Positions 1 through 8,770 of a stretch of 32,000 bases of DNA are shown in pieces; the stretch's first letter is position 1, and each line of letters opens with the position of its first letter. The position numbers and the translations under genes were made by a program. The DNA comes from Candidatus Electronema halotolerans (GTDB taxonomy: Bacteria; Desulfobacterota; Desulfobulbia; Desulfobulbales; Desulfobulbaceae), in NCBI GenBank assembly GCA_942493095.1, contig OW818675.1, forward strand, positions 900,001 to 932,000, read 5' to 3'. Under the pieces are notes generated by a model. The model was not told where the DNA came from and ran no database searches. It saw only the letters and a list, made by a program, of their open reading frames with translations.

Positions 1-43
1 CAGAAAATGTCTGGCTTGCGGAAAAAATAGCAAAAGATAATAG

Positions 44-71
44 GTTGATCGTATCCCGCGATACGTTCAAC
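44..71. repeat. Imperfect 12-4-12 dyad symmetry in RND leader (GTTGATCGTATC-CCGC-GATACGTTCAAC)
   Basis: Read directly: the arms match 11/12 as reverse complements. A further GTTCAA/TTGAAC pair lies at 66-71 and 87-92. Confidence 0.6.
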
Positions 72-103
72 CGCCCTGAACATCGCTTGAACGAACCTTG
101 GCC

Positions 104-137
104 GCCGTTTTTCGCCTCCGGCGGGCGGAAGAACGGC
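104..137 (+). other. GC-rich hairpin in RND leader (13 pairs, one bulge, 7-nt loop), no U-tract
   Basis: GCCGTTTTTCGCC (104-116) pairs with GGC-G-GAAGAACGGC (124-137). It is followed by ATGAGAAATCC, so it is not a canonical intrinsic terminator. Confidence 0.5.
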
Positions 138-151
138 ATGAGAAATCCGCA

Positions 152-179
152 GTAAGGGCAATTCATGAATTGCCCTTAC
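152..179. promoter_or_regulatory. 28-bp perfect palindrome GTAAGGGCAATTCATGAATTGCCCTTAC, candidate operator or structured 5' UTR element upstream of the RND gene
   Basis: The sequence equals its own reverse complement. It ends 38 nt before the RND start codon. It shares the core AGGG-N-AATTCATGAATT-N-CCCT with the palindrome at 9343-9376. Confidence 0.5.
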
Positions 180-217
180 GCCAGCATACGCCAACAAGCA
201 CCCAAAGGGGGAGTCTG

Positions 218-3200
218 ATGCTCTCAAAGTTTTTCCTTGACCGGCCCGTCTTTGCTTGGGTCATTGCCATCATCATCATGACCGTGGGCGCACTGGCCAT
301 CCACCAGATGCCCATCTCCCAATATCCGCCCATTGCGCCGCCTGCCATCGCCATTGATGCTTTTTTTCCGGGCGCGTCCGCCGAGACCGTGGAGAACACC
401 GTCACTCAGATTGTCGAGCAGAAGATGACCGGGCTGGACGACATGATCTATCTCTCCGGCACCAGTTCCTCATCCGGCTCGTCGCGGGTGGAGCTGACCT
501 TTGCCGCTGGAACTGATCCTGATTTGGCCTGGGCCAAGGTGCAGAACAAGCTCCAGCTCGCCCTTGCCAGCCTGCCGGACGTGGTCCAGCGTTCTGGGGT
601 GCAGGTGAGCAAATCCACCCGCAACTGGCTGCTCATTCCGGCCCTGATCTCGGAAGACGGCAGCATGGACAGCAACGACCTCCAGGACTATGCCCAGTCC
701 AATCTGGAGAAGGTGCTGGCCCGCATCCCCGGTGTCGGTGAGGTGAATTCCTTTGGTTCTCAGTACGCCATGCGCATCTGGATCAACCCTGACAAGCTGA
801 CCAGTTACAGCCTGACCTTTGCCGACGTGATGACCGCCCTGCGCTCCTATAACGTGGAGGTCTCAGCCGGGCAGCTTGGCGGCACTCCGGCTGAGGCGGG
901 CCAGCGGCTCAATGCGCCCATTGTTGTCCAGCATCTGCTCCAGACCCCGGAGGAATTTGCCGAGATACCAATCCGTATTAACCAAGATGGCTCGGCAGTG
1001 CGGGTTAAAGATGTGGGCCGGGCTGAATTAGCCATTGAGCGCAGCGACTCGGTGGTGCGGAGCAACGGCAGGCCCGCCGCAGGCATGGCAGTGCGGCAGG
1101 CTGCCGGAGCCAATGCCTTGGCCACGGCCACTGCGATCAAGGCAAAACTGGAGGAGATGAGCAAGTTCTTCCCGCCCGGCATAAAGGTGATCTATCCCTA
1201 CGACACCACGCCCTTCACCAAGGTCTCGATTCACGAGGTGATCAAGACCCTGTTCGAGGCGATTTTTCTCGTCTTCATCATCATGTACGTGTTCATGGGC
1301 AACATCCGGGCCACGCTCATTCCGACCATTGCCGTGCCCGTGGTCCTGCTCGGCACCTTTGCCGTGCTTGGCTTTGCCGGATACTCGGTCAATATGCTGA
1401 CCATGTTCGCGATGGTTCTGGCCATTGGTCTGCTGGTGGATGATGCCATTGTCGTGGTGGAAAACGTGGAGCGCATCATGAGCGAAGAGGGATTGCCGCC
1501 CAAGCAGGCCACAGCCAAGTCTATGGACGAGATCACCAGCGCCCTGATCGGCATAGGCCTGGTCCTGTCGGCAGTCTTCGGGCCAATGGCTTTTTTCCCC
1601 GGCTCCACCGGCGTGCTCTACCGTCAGTTCTCTGTCACGCTGATTGCGGCCATGCTGTTCTCGGTGGTCGTGGCACTGATCCTGACCCCGGTGCTCTGCG
1701 CCTCCTTCCTCCGCCCGGTCAAGGCCGGACATGCGCCGTCGGAAAACGCCATATTCTTCATGCGCCCCTTCTTTGCCGTGTTCGAGTTCTTCTTCGGCGG
1801 CATCCGCAGCCTCTATGTGGGCTTTGTCGCCTTTTCCCTGAAGGTGAAATTCATCTTCATCATTTTCTATCTGCTCATTCTGGCCTTGGTCGGCTTCCTC
1901 TTCCAGCGGATGCCCACTTCCTATATCCCGGATGAGGATCAGGGCATGGTTTTGGTCCAGATCATGCTGCCTTCCGGTGCCACTCTGGAGCAGTCAGAAG
2001 CAGTGGTGACCAAGGTGCGCAACTATTTTCTGGAGCATGAAAAAGAGGCGGTGAAAAATGTCATGACCATTTCCGGCCGCAACTTCGGCGGTCAGGGCCA
2101 GAACTTAGCCATGTGCTTTGTCAAGCTCAAAGACTGGAAGGAACGGCAGCGGCCTGATCTCAAGGTCAAGCCCATTGCCGGGCGGGCGATGGGTGCCCTG
2201 TCGCAGATCAAGGAGGCCAAAATATTCGCCTTTCCGCCGCCGCCGGTGCTGGAGCTGGGCATGGCCAACGGCTTTGACTTTCAGCTCCAGGACCGGGGCG
2301 GCCTGGGGCATGAGGCGCTCACTATGGCCCGCAACCAGCTTCTTGGCATGGCTGCTCAAGACCCGCGCCTGATGGGGGTTCGGCCCAATGGCATGATGGA
2401 CACCCCGGAATACCGGGTGGATGTGAACTGGGATCGGGCTGGCGCGCTGGGCGTGCCGCTCGGTTCCATCCACAGCACCTTGGCCACAGCCTTTGGCAGC
2501 AGCTATGTCAACGACTTCATCCAAGCAGGCCGGGTCAAGAAAGTGTATGTGCAGGCGGACGCGCCGTTCCGCATGCTGCCGCAGGATATGGAGCGGCTTT
2601 ATGTTCGCAACACGGCAGGCAAGATGGTGCCCTTCTCCGCCTTTGCCGCAGGCCGCTGGAGCCTTGGCGCGCCCAAGCTGGAACGCTATAATGCCTTCCC
2701 ATCCATGAACATTCAGGGCCAGCCTGCGCCGGGCCGCAGCACTGGCGAGGCAATGGCGGCAATGGAAGAATTAGTCAGCAGGTTGCCGCAGGGCATCAGC
2801 TTTGACTGGAGCGGCCTGTCCTATCAGGAGAAAATGGCCACCAAGCAGGGGCCGATCCTCTACGCCTTTTCCATCTTTGTCATCTTCCTCTGCGTGGCAG
2901 CCCTGTACGAAAGCTGGACCATTCCCTTCGCCAACCTGCTCATGCTGCCGCTGGGCGTGTTCGGGGCCATTGTTGCCAGCTCATGGCGCGGGATGCCCAA
3001 TGATGTCTATTTCCAGATCGGCTTCCTGACCACAATGGGCCTTTCGACCAAGAACGCCATCCTGATCATCCAGTTCATCAAGGAACGGATGGGAGCAGGG
3101 CAGGGATTGATTGAAGCCACTCTGGATGCGGTCAAGACCAGGTTCCGCCCGGTCATGATGACCTCCTTAGCCTTCTTCTTCGGGGTGCTGCCCTTGGCCA

Positions 3201-3376
3201 TTGCCAACGGCGCAGGCGCAGGGGCAATGAACGCTCTGGGCACGGCAGTCTGCGGCGGCATGTTGTCGGCCACATTTATTGACCTGATCTTCATTCCGCT
3301 CTTCTTTGTCATCGTCTCGCAGCTCTTTGGCGGGAAACAGGATGCTTCTCAAAAAACGGAGGTGCAGTCGGCATGA
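218..3376 (+). CDS. RND (HAE1-type) inner-membrane multidrug efflux transporter, AcrB/MexB-like
   Basis: 1052-aa ORF from ATG 218, preceded by AAGGGGGAG (205-213). The N-terminus MLSKFFLDRPVFAWVIAIIIM is AcrB-like, and size and hydrophobic/periplasmic-loop pattern are typical. The in-frame upstream extension from TTG 98 is discounted. Confidence 0.93.
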   Translation: MLSKFFLDRPVFAWVIAIIIMTVGALAIHQMPISQYPPIAPPAIAIDAFFPGASAETVENTVTQIVEQKMTGLDDMIYLSGTSSSSGSSRVELTFAAGTDPDLAWAKVQNKLQLALASLPDVVQRSGVQVSKSTRNWLLIPALISEDGSMDSNDLQDYAQSNLEKVLARIPGVGEVNSFGSQYAMRIWINPDKLTSYSLTFADVMTALRSYNVEVSAGQLGGTPAEAGQRLNAPIVVQHLLQTPEEFAEIPIRINQDGSAVRVKDVGRAELAIERSDSVVRSNGRPAAGMAVRQAAGANALATATAIKAKLEEMSKFFPPGIKVIYPYDTTPFTKVSIHEVIKTLFEAIFLVFIIMYVFMGNIRATLIPTIAVPVVLLGTFAVLGFAGYSVNMLTMFAMVLAIGLLVDDAIVVVENVERIMSEEGLPPKQATAKSMDEITSALIGIGLVLSAVFGPMAFFPGSTGVLYRQFSVTLIAAMLFSVVVALILTPVLCASFLRPVKAGHAPSENAIFFMRPFFAVFEFFFGGIRSLYVGFVAFSLKVKFIFIIFYLLILALVGFLFQRMPTSYIPDEDQGMVLVQIMLPSGATLEQSEAVVTKVRNYFLEHEKEAVKNVMTISGRNFGGQGQNLAMCFVKLKDWKERQRPDLKVKPIAGRAMGALSQIKEAKIFAFPPPPVLELGMANGFDFQLQDRGGLGHEALTMARNQLLGMAAQDPRLMGVRPNGMMDTPEYRVDVNWDRAGALGVPLGSIHSTLATAFGSSYVNDFIQAGRVKKVYVQADAPFRMLPQDMERLYVRNTAGKMVPFSAFAAGRWSLGAPKLERYNAFPSMNIQGQPAPGRSTGEAMAAMEELVSRLPQGISFDWSGLSYQEKMATKQGPILYAFSIFVIFLCVAALYESWTIPFANLLMLPLGVFGAIVASSWRGMPNDVYFQIGFLTTMGLSTKNAILIIQFIKERMGAGQGLIEATLDAVKTRFRPVMMTSLAFFFGVLPLAIANGAGAGAMNALGTAVCGGMLSATFIDLIFIPLFFVIVSQLFGGKQDASQKTEVQSA

Positions 3377-4785
3377 AAAAGCTCCAGATACTGACCTTGG
3401 CCGCCCTGCTTTTGTCCGGCGGCTGCACTATGGCCCCGGAATACAGCAAGCCTGTCAGCCCGGTTCCGTCAGCATGGCCGCAGGGCGATGCCTACAAGAA
3501 ACTCAAGGATCATGCGGTCCAGCAGGTCGCAGGAATGCCGTGGCAGGACTTTTTCACCAATGCCAAGCTGCGGCAGATCATTGAAATTGCGCTCAAGAAC
3601 AATCGCGACCTGCGGGTCGCGGCCCTGAATGTGGAACGGGCGCAGGCCATGTACGGGGTCCAGCGCACCAGCATCTTTCCCTCTGCCAATGGCAGCGGCA
3701 AGCTGGAGAAGCAGCGGCTCTCCGCTGACTTGATTGAACCCGGCCAGCCGCAGACAACGGAAAAATACACCCTCAAGGCCGAGATTCCCTCATGGGAGCT
3801 GGACTTTTTTGGCCGCGTCCGCAGTCTGACCGATCAGGCCTTGGAGGAATATTTGGCCACCGAGGAAGCCCGCCGCAGCGCGGAGCTGGCTTTGATCAGC
3901 GAGACAGCCAAAGCCTATCTGACCTTGGCCGCAGATCAGGAAAACCTGAAGCTGGCACGGGCAACCTTGGAAAGCCAGCAGGATTCATACAATCTGATCG
4001 GCAAGAGCTATAAGAACGGCTTGGCCACTGAGCTTGATTTGCGCCGGGCGCAGAGCGAAGTGGAGACAGCCAAGCGGGATGTGCCCCGTTTCACCCGGCA
4101 GGTCGCTCAAGACCGGAATGCCCTGAACCTGCTGGTCGGCGCGCCAGTGGAGAAGCAGCTCCTGCCTGACCAGTTGGACAGCGTGGCCGCGCTCAAGGAG
4201 ATTGATCCCGGCCTGCCCTCAGCAGTGCTGCTCAACCGGCCTGACATTGCCGCTGCCGAGCACAAGCTCAAAGGGGCGTATGCCTATATCGGCGCGGCGC
4301 GGGCCTCAGTCTTTCCCAAGATTTCTCTGACCACTTCGGCAGGCACGGCCAGCGATGAACTGTTCGGGCTGTTCGGTTCCGGCACCGGGATATGGAGCTT
4401 TGCCCCGCAGATTGATGTGCCGATCTTTGACAACCGGGTCTGGGCAGCTTTGAAGATCAGCGAGACAGACCGGAAGATTCTGTTGGCCAAATATGAAAAA
4501 ACGGTGCAAACAGCTTTCAAGGAGGTGGCAGATGCCTTGGCTGTGCAGGGCACTATCAATGAACAACTTGCAGCGCAGGAATCCTTGCTGGAAGCAGCCG
4601 AGGCAACCTACAATCTCTCGGACAAACGCTATAATATGGGCTTAGACGGTTATCTCAGCGTATTAGATGCGCACCGCTCCCTCTATGCCCAGCAGCAGGC
4701 CCTGATTTCCCTCCGCCTGACCCGGCTGGCCAATCAGGTCACGCTTTATGCGGTGCTGGGAGGAGGACAGCAGAGCAAGAAGTGA
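3373..4785 (+). CDS. Outer-membrane factor lipoprotein of RND systems (NodT/OprM family)
   Basis: ATGA start/stop overlap with the RND gene. Signal peptide with lipobox-like LLLSGGC. 470 aa with the two-repeat TolC-like helical pattern (NNRDLRVAALNVERA..., NRPDIAAAEHKL...). Confidence 0.9.
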   Translation: MKKLQILTLAALLLSGGCTMAPEYSKPVSPVPSAWPQGDAYKKLKDHAVQQVAGMPWQDFFTNAKLRQIIEIALKNNRDLRVAALNVERAQAMYGVQRTSIFPSANGSGKLEKQRLSADLIEPGQPQTTEKYTLKAEIPSWELDFFGRVRSLTDQALEEYLATEEARRSAELALISETAKAYLTLAADQENLKLARATLESQQDSYNLIGKSYKNGLATELDLRRAQSEVETAKRDVPRFTRQVAQDRNALNLLVGAPVEKQLLPDQLDSVAALKEIDPGLPSAVLLNRPDIAAAEHKLKGAYAYIGAARASVFPKISLTTSAGTASDELFGLFGSGTGIWSFAPQIDVPIFDNRVWAALKISETDRKILLAKYEKTVQTAFKEVADALAVQGTINEQLAAQESLLEAAEATYNLSDKRYNMGLDGYLSVLDAHRSLYAQQQALISLRLTRLANQVTLYAVLGGGQQSKK

Positions 4786-4792
4786 AATCATC

Positions 4793-5623
4793 ATGAACAG
4801 CAAAAAGATATTCCTTGTCCTGCTGGCCGGGCTGCTGGTGAACAGCTGCTCCTCTGGCACGAACAAAAAAACACCCAAGCTGCCGGTCAGCAAACCAGAC
4901 TTGTCACTGAAGGACAGTCAGTGGCAGCTGCGCATTCTGCAGGGCAGCCGCTCCTTGGCAGAAGCGTCCATCAGTCTGCATTTTGCTCAAGGCAAGGTGA
5001 GCGGCTCGGCAGGCTGCAACAGCTATTCCGGCTTGTACAGCAAGACAAACGCGGGGACCTGCCGGTTCAGCAAGATCAATCTGACAACAAGGACGTGCCA
5101 GCCGGACAAAATCATGACGCAGGAACAGGACTTTGTCGCCGTGCTGAAGGACACGACCGCCTGTGATCTGGCGAATGACAAGCAGCAGCTCTTTCTTAAA
5201 GACAAAAAAGGGACTGTCCTTGCCATGCTCATGCCGCCGAAAAAGGTGCTGCTGGAGGAGCCGCAGGAGCTGGCAGGGACGGCGTGGCGGGCGGACAGCT
5301 TCAGCGATGGCCAAGGCGGCATGATTCAGCTTTACAGCTGGCACAGGCCGCTGACCGTCGCGTTTGGTAAAGACGGGCAACTCAGCGGTTCAGCAGGCTG
5401 CAACAGCTATTCAGCGACCTTCGCCGTTGAGCCTGCTGATTTGAGTTTCAAATTTGATATGATCCAAATGACAGCCAAGCAGTGCTGGCCGGAACGGGTC
5501 ATGGCGCAGGAAGGCAGCTTTATGGCCGCGCTCTATTCCGCCGCTTCCTATCAGCTCACAGACGACACACTGACTTTAAAGGATATTGACGGCAACGCTG
5601 CGGTGGTGCTGAAGAGACAATAA
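4793..5623 (+). CDS. Lipoprotein with two tandem META (HslJ-like) domains
   Basis: ATG 4793 lies 7 nt after the OMF stop. Signal peptide plus lipobox LLVNSC. There are two copies of GSAGCNSYS...C(Q/W)P..(I/V)M.QE..F...L, the pattern I recognise as the META/HslJ domain. Confidence 0.75.
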   Translation: MNSKKIFLVLLAGLLVNSCSSGTNKKTPKLPVSKPDLSLKDSQWQLRILQGSRSLAEASISLHFAQGKVSGSAGCNSYSGLYSKTNAGTCRFSKINLTTRTCQPDKIMTQEQDFVAVLKDTTACDLANDKQQLFLKDKKGTVLAMLMPPKKVLLEEPQELAGTAWRADSFSDGQGGMIQLYSWHRPLTVAFGKDGQLSGSAGCNSYSATFAVEPADLSFKFDMIQMTAKQCWPERVMAQEGSFMAALYSAASYQLTDDTLTLKDIDGNAAVVLKRQ

Positions 5624-5624
5624 A

Positions 5625-6047
5625 ATGAACATGAAAATAATCCCTGCAATTCTGACAAGCTGCGTCGGGCTGCTCACATACGGATGCGCCCCGGCAACCA
5701 TTGAGGGATCATTGAACGGCAGCGAATGGACGGTGCAACGCCTGAACAACCAGCCAGTGCCGCCGAGTCCCCAGCTCACCCTCGCCTTCAGCGCGGATGG
5801 AAAAATCAGCGGTTCAGCAGGCTGCAATCCTTATGTGGGCGAATATGCCTACACCGCTGCAAGCAGGACAATCACTGTCAGCTCGATCAACAAACGGTTC
5901 AAGGCTTGTGTTCCGACTGAAGTGATGGAGCAGGAAAAAGCGTTCTTGCAGGCATTGCGGGATGCCGCCTCATATACAATGCAATGTCAGAAGATGACAC
6001 TTTTCGCTGCCGACGGCAGGGAAACAGTCGTGCTTGTCAAAGACTGA
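5625..6047 (+). CDS. Lipoprotein with one META (HslJ-like) domain
   Basis: Starts 1 nt after the previous stop. Lipobox LLTYGC. Carries GSAGCNPYVGEY ... CVPTEVMEQEKAFLQAL. Confidence 0.75.
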   Translation: MNMKIIPAILTSCVGLLTYGCAPATIEGSLNGSEWTVQRLNNQPVPPSPQLTLAFSADGKISGSAGCNPYVGEYAYTAASRTITVSSINKRFKACVPTEVMEQEKAFLQALRDAASYTMQCQKMTLFAADGRETVVLVKD

Positions 6048-6057
6048 AGCAGCTTTC

Positions 6058-6990
6058 CTACACCGACCCCTCTGCCATCAGCTCAGTGCTCAAGTAGCGT
6101 TCGCCGGTGTCAGGCAGGATGACGACAAGACGTTTGCCCTTGTTCTCCGGGCGGACGGCGATCTTCATTGCTGCCGCTGCTGCCGCGCCAGAGGAGATGC
6201 CGCAGAGTATGCCCTCCTGCCGGGCCAGACTGCGGGCCGCCGCCATTGCCTCTTCATTGCTGACCTGCACCACCTCGTCAAGGAGCGACCGGTCCAGCAC
6301 AGTCGGAATAAAACCAGCTCCAATGCCCTGAATTTTATGCGGCCCGGGCTGGCCGCCGGACAGCACTGGCGAGGCGGACGGCTCCACAGCAATCACGACC
6401 GCAGCCGGATTCTGCTCTTTCAGGAAACGGCCAGTGCCAGTGATGGTGCCGCCTGTGCCCACGCCAGCCACGAGAATATCGACTTTGCCGCCGCACTGCT
6501 GCCAGATTTCCGGGCCAGTGGTACGGTGGTGCATGGCCGGATTGGCGGGATTGGCGAACTGATTGGGCATCCACGAGGGCTGATGCTTGCACAACAGCTC
6601 GCGGGCGCGGGCAATGGCTCCTTTCATGCCCTCAGCACCGGGCGTGAGCACCAGCTCCGCGCCAAGAAAAGTCAGCAGCTTGCGCCGCTCCACGCTCATG
6701 GTTTCTGACATGGTCAGGATCAGCTTGTAGCCACGGACAGCGCAGACAAAGGCCAGACCAATGCCGGTGTTGCCGGAGGTCGGCTCAATCACCACGGTTT
6801 CCGGGGTCAGCAGGCCTTCCTGTTCCGCGCTTTCAATCATGGCCACAGCAACCCGGTCTTTGACGCTGCCGAGCGGATTGGCTGATTCCAGCTTGGCCAC
6901 GATTTCCGCGCCGCAGTCCGCGCCAAAGCGGTTCAGGCGCACCATCGGCGTGTTGCCGATGCTTTCGGCAAGATTGTCACAGAGTTTCAT
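6058..6990 (-). CDS. cysK: Cysteine synthase A (O-acetylserine sulfhydrylase)
   Basis: 310 aa with [11 protein letters not shown], the PLP-lysine context NPLGSVKDR, and [10 protein letters not shown] and GTGGTITG loops. ATGA overlap with cysE upstream. Confidence 0.93.
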   Translation of the reverse strand: MKLCDNLAESIGNTPMVRLNRFGADCGAEIVAKLESANPLGSVKDRVAVAMIESAEQEGLLTPETVVIEPTSGNTGIGLAFVCAVRGYKLILTMSETMSVERRKLLTFLGAELVLTPGAEGMKGAIARARELLCKHQPSWMPNQFANPANPAMHHRTTGPEIWQQCGGKVDILVAGVGTGGTITGTGRFLKEQNPAAVVIAVEPSASPVLSGGQPGPHKIQGIGAGFIPTVLDRSLLDEVVQVSNEEAMAAARSLARQEGILCGISSGAAAAAAMKIAVRPENKGKRLVVILPDTGERYLSTELMAEGSV

Positions 6991-7988
6991 TGTGCTTCGC
7001 CTCCTTTCCGGCTGGTTGCGCCGTCTTTGCCAATATAGATTAGTTCCGGCTGCTTGAGCAGCACTTTGGTGTCCGGGCCAATGCTCTTGGTCAGCCAGAC
7101 ATTGCCGCCAACAATCGAACGCGCCCCGATCACTGTGTCCCCGCCAAGGATGGTGGCATTGGCGTAAATGATTGCGTCATCCTCAATGGTTGGATGCCGT
7201 TTGGCCAGCCGCAGCTCTGGCACGGCGTTCTTGGGCAGGGAGAGCGCGCCCAGGGTCACGCCCTGATAAAGCCGCACCCGGCTGCCAATGATGCAGGTTG
7301 CGCCGACAACCACGCCTGCGCCGTGATCAATGAAGAAGGAGTCGCCAATCTGCGCGCCAGGATGAATGTCAATGGCGGTGCGGTGATAGGCGTACTCGCT
7401 CATGATGCGCGGCAGAAGCGGCACCTCCAGCTCAAAAAGCCGGTGCGCCAGTCGATAAACAAGGATGGCAAAAAAACCAGGATAGCTGAAGATGATCTCG
7501 TCCGCATTGGCTGCGGCCGGATCTCCTTCCAAGGCGGCTTTGATGTCGCCCTCCAGCGTCTCCCGCAGCTCTGGCAGCGCACGGACAAAGGCGGCGGCCA
7601 GTTCGCTGCTGCGCTCGCCGCAGAGAGAGCAGGACTGCTGGCGGCGGAAGCATTCATGGCGGATGGCGGAGCTGATCTGCTGACTGACGTTCTTATGAAA
7701 CAGGGTCAGGCTATGGCCAAGGCTGTATGCCAAGCTCGAAGGCTGGGACAGGGCCGAGCTGCTGAAATAACCGGGGAAAAGAATGCGCTGGGCCTGAAGG
7801 ATCAGGTCTATGGTCTCCCGCCGCGAGGGTATCTCGACCGGCTCAATATGACTGGACCAGCGGCGCGACATGAAGCCGTCCGTCATCTGCCTGACCACTG
7901 CCGGGATGATGTCAGCGTCCGGGGTGGCGGTGCAGCGCAGTTCTGAGGCGCAGCCGCAGCCTTCTTGGTTGTTCAGCAATGAGGGCAT
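6987..7988 (-). CDS. cysE: Serine O-acetyltransferase (long N-terminal form)
   Basis: C-terminal left-handed beta-helix hexapeptide repeats ([42 protein letters not shown]...). Translationally coupled to cysK. The start at 7988 lacks a clear SD, so the N-terminus is uncertain. Confidence 0.85.
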   Translation of the reverse strand: MPSLLNNQEGCGCASELRCTATPDADIIPAVVRQMTDGFMSRRWSSHIEPVEIPSRRETIDLILQAQRILFPGYFSSSALSQPSSLAYSLGHSLTLFHKNVSQQISSAIRHECFRRQQSCSLCGERSSELAAAFVRALPELRETLEGDIKAALEGDPAAANADEIIFSYPGFFAILVYRLAHRLFELEVPLLPRIMSEYAYHRTAIDIHPGAQIGDSFFIDHGAGVVVGATCIIGSRVRLYQGVTLGALSLPKNAVPELRLAKRHPTIEDDAIIYANATILGGDTVIGARSIVGGNVWLTKSIGPDTKVLLKQPELIYIGKDGATSRKGGEAQ

Positions 7989-8017
7989 GGAAAGTTGATT
8001 GGTTTCGGTTTCCTTCT

Positions 8018-8046
8018 TGAATAGCAGGAATTGCTTCAGCTGTCAA
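8018..8046 (-). promoter_or_regulatory. Candidate sigma70 promoter for cysEK (-35 TTGACA at 8046-8041, 17-nt spacer, -10 TATTCA at 8023-8018, minus strand)
   Basis: Hexamers read on the minus strand. The -35 is perfect and the -10 is weak. Confidence 0.3.
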
Positions 8047-8111
8047 ACAAAGAGCGCAGAACGGAATGGCAGCCGCAGCAGGCTCAATGCGCCACAATGT
8101 GGTTTTTTTAC

Positions 8112-8141
8112 TTGACGTGCAGCAGGGCTGGGACATATCCT
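8112..8141 (+). promoter_or_regulatory. Candidate sigma70 promoter for the 8227 ORF (TTGACG, 18-nt spacer, TATCCT)
   Basis: Hexamers read directly, about 85 nt upstream of the ATG. Confidence 0.3.
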
Positions 8142-8226
8142 CAAATAAGGAGCTGCACCTTTGTTTGACCGAGCAGGACAGTAGTCTCATCTTCAAATCA
8201 AACAGCAGAAAAAAGGAGACACGCCC

Positions 8227-8703
8227 ATGGCAGCCATTCAAAATCCCCTTCTGACAATTGAGGAAATTTCTGACTTTGTGGCGCGGGTCACGGTCAGATA
8301 CACAGTGTTCCAGCATCCGCTGGAATACTGGGCCAACACCATCTACACCGAAAAGATCAGCCTGATCGGCGATGATCCGCCCTTCAACCCTGCGGCCCCG
8401 TCCGGCACAGACATGACTGTGGCCGTTTTTCCGCCTTACTCAGTGCGCAATCCCCATGCGTCGGGTGTGCCGCCAATCTTCACTTTTGAGCGGCAGCGGG
8501 TTCTGCACGTGGCCCTGAACAGTTTGGACGAAGACCCCGGTTTCACTGCCAGCGGCCTGCCGAGGCAGGATGAGGTCTTTGGCTTAATCAAACTTTACTA
8601 TGCCGCCAATGTGCCTTGGCCCTTCCTTAATCCCGGCCCTCTCCCGCAACCACCCGCAATTGCCGCCACTGCTCAGACCAACACAGTCACTGGCAGATGG
8701 TAG
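8227..8703 (+). CDS. Hypothetical protein (158 aa, no Cys, Pro-rich C-terminal third), no family recognised
   Basis: ATG preceded by AAAAGGAGA (8211-8219). Followed by an intrinsic terminator. GC-rich codon usage like its neighbours. Confidence 0.6.
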   Translation: MAAIQNPLLTIEEISDFVARVTVRYTVFQHPLEYWANTIYTEKISLIGDDPPFNPAAPSGTDMTVAVFPPYSVRNPHASGVPPIFTFERQRVLHVALNSLDEDPGFTASGLPRQDEVFGLIKLYYAANVPWPFLNPGPLPQPPAIAATAQTNTVTGRW

Positions 8704-8730
8704 GAGCACCGCAACCCTGCTGACCAACCG

Positions 8731-8758
8731 CCCCGGCTCTGCCGGGGTTCTTCTTTTC
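8731..8758 (+). terminator. Rho-independent terminator after the 8227 ORF
   Basis: CCCCGGC-TCT-GCCGGGG stem followed by TTCTTCTTTTC. Confidence 0.65.
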
Positions 8759-8770
8759 AGCTCTGTCGTA

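Noticed and set aside
3-155. Frame-3 open reading through the window start (…ENVWLAEKIAKDNRLIVSRD…NPQ stop), possibly the 3' end of an upstream (MFP?) gene
   Set aside because: It has rare codons (ATA, AGG, AGA) and no resemblance to adaptor-protein C-termini, and the region is filled with dyad symmetries. It was treated as non-coding, but this cannot be settled without upstream sequence.
98-217. N-terminal extensions given by the ORF track: RND from 98, adk to 19879, perR-like from 19713, kinase to 12676, ahpC from 21664, rbr from 20551
   Set aside because: In each case an internal ATG with a good SD coincides with the conserved family N-terminus. The extensions are Arg/Cys-rich junk or use non-ATG starts.
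6034-7946. Plus-strand ORFs (224 and 250 aa) over cysK and cysE
   Set aside because: They are antisense shadows of two well-supported genes, and their products are Ala/Arg/Gly-rich with no motifs.
8066-8316. Small ORFs (62 aa on plus, 134 aa on minus) in the cysE / orphan-gene intergenic region
   Set aside because: They overlap the promoter region and the 5' ends of better-supported genes and have no SD. They are likely spurious.
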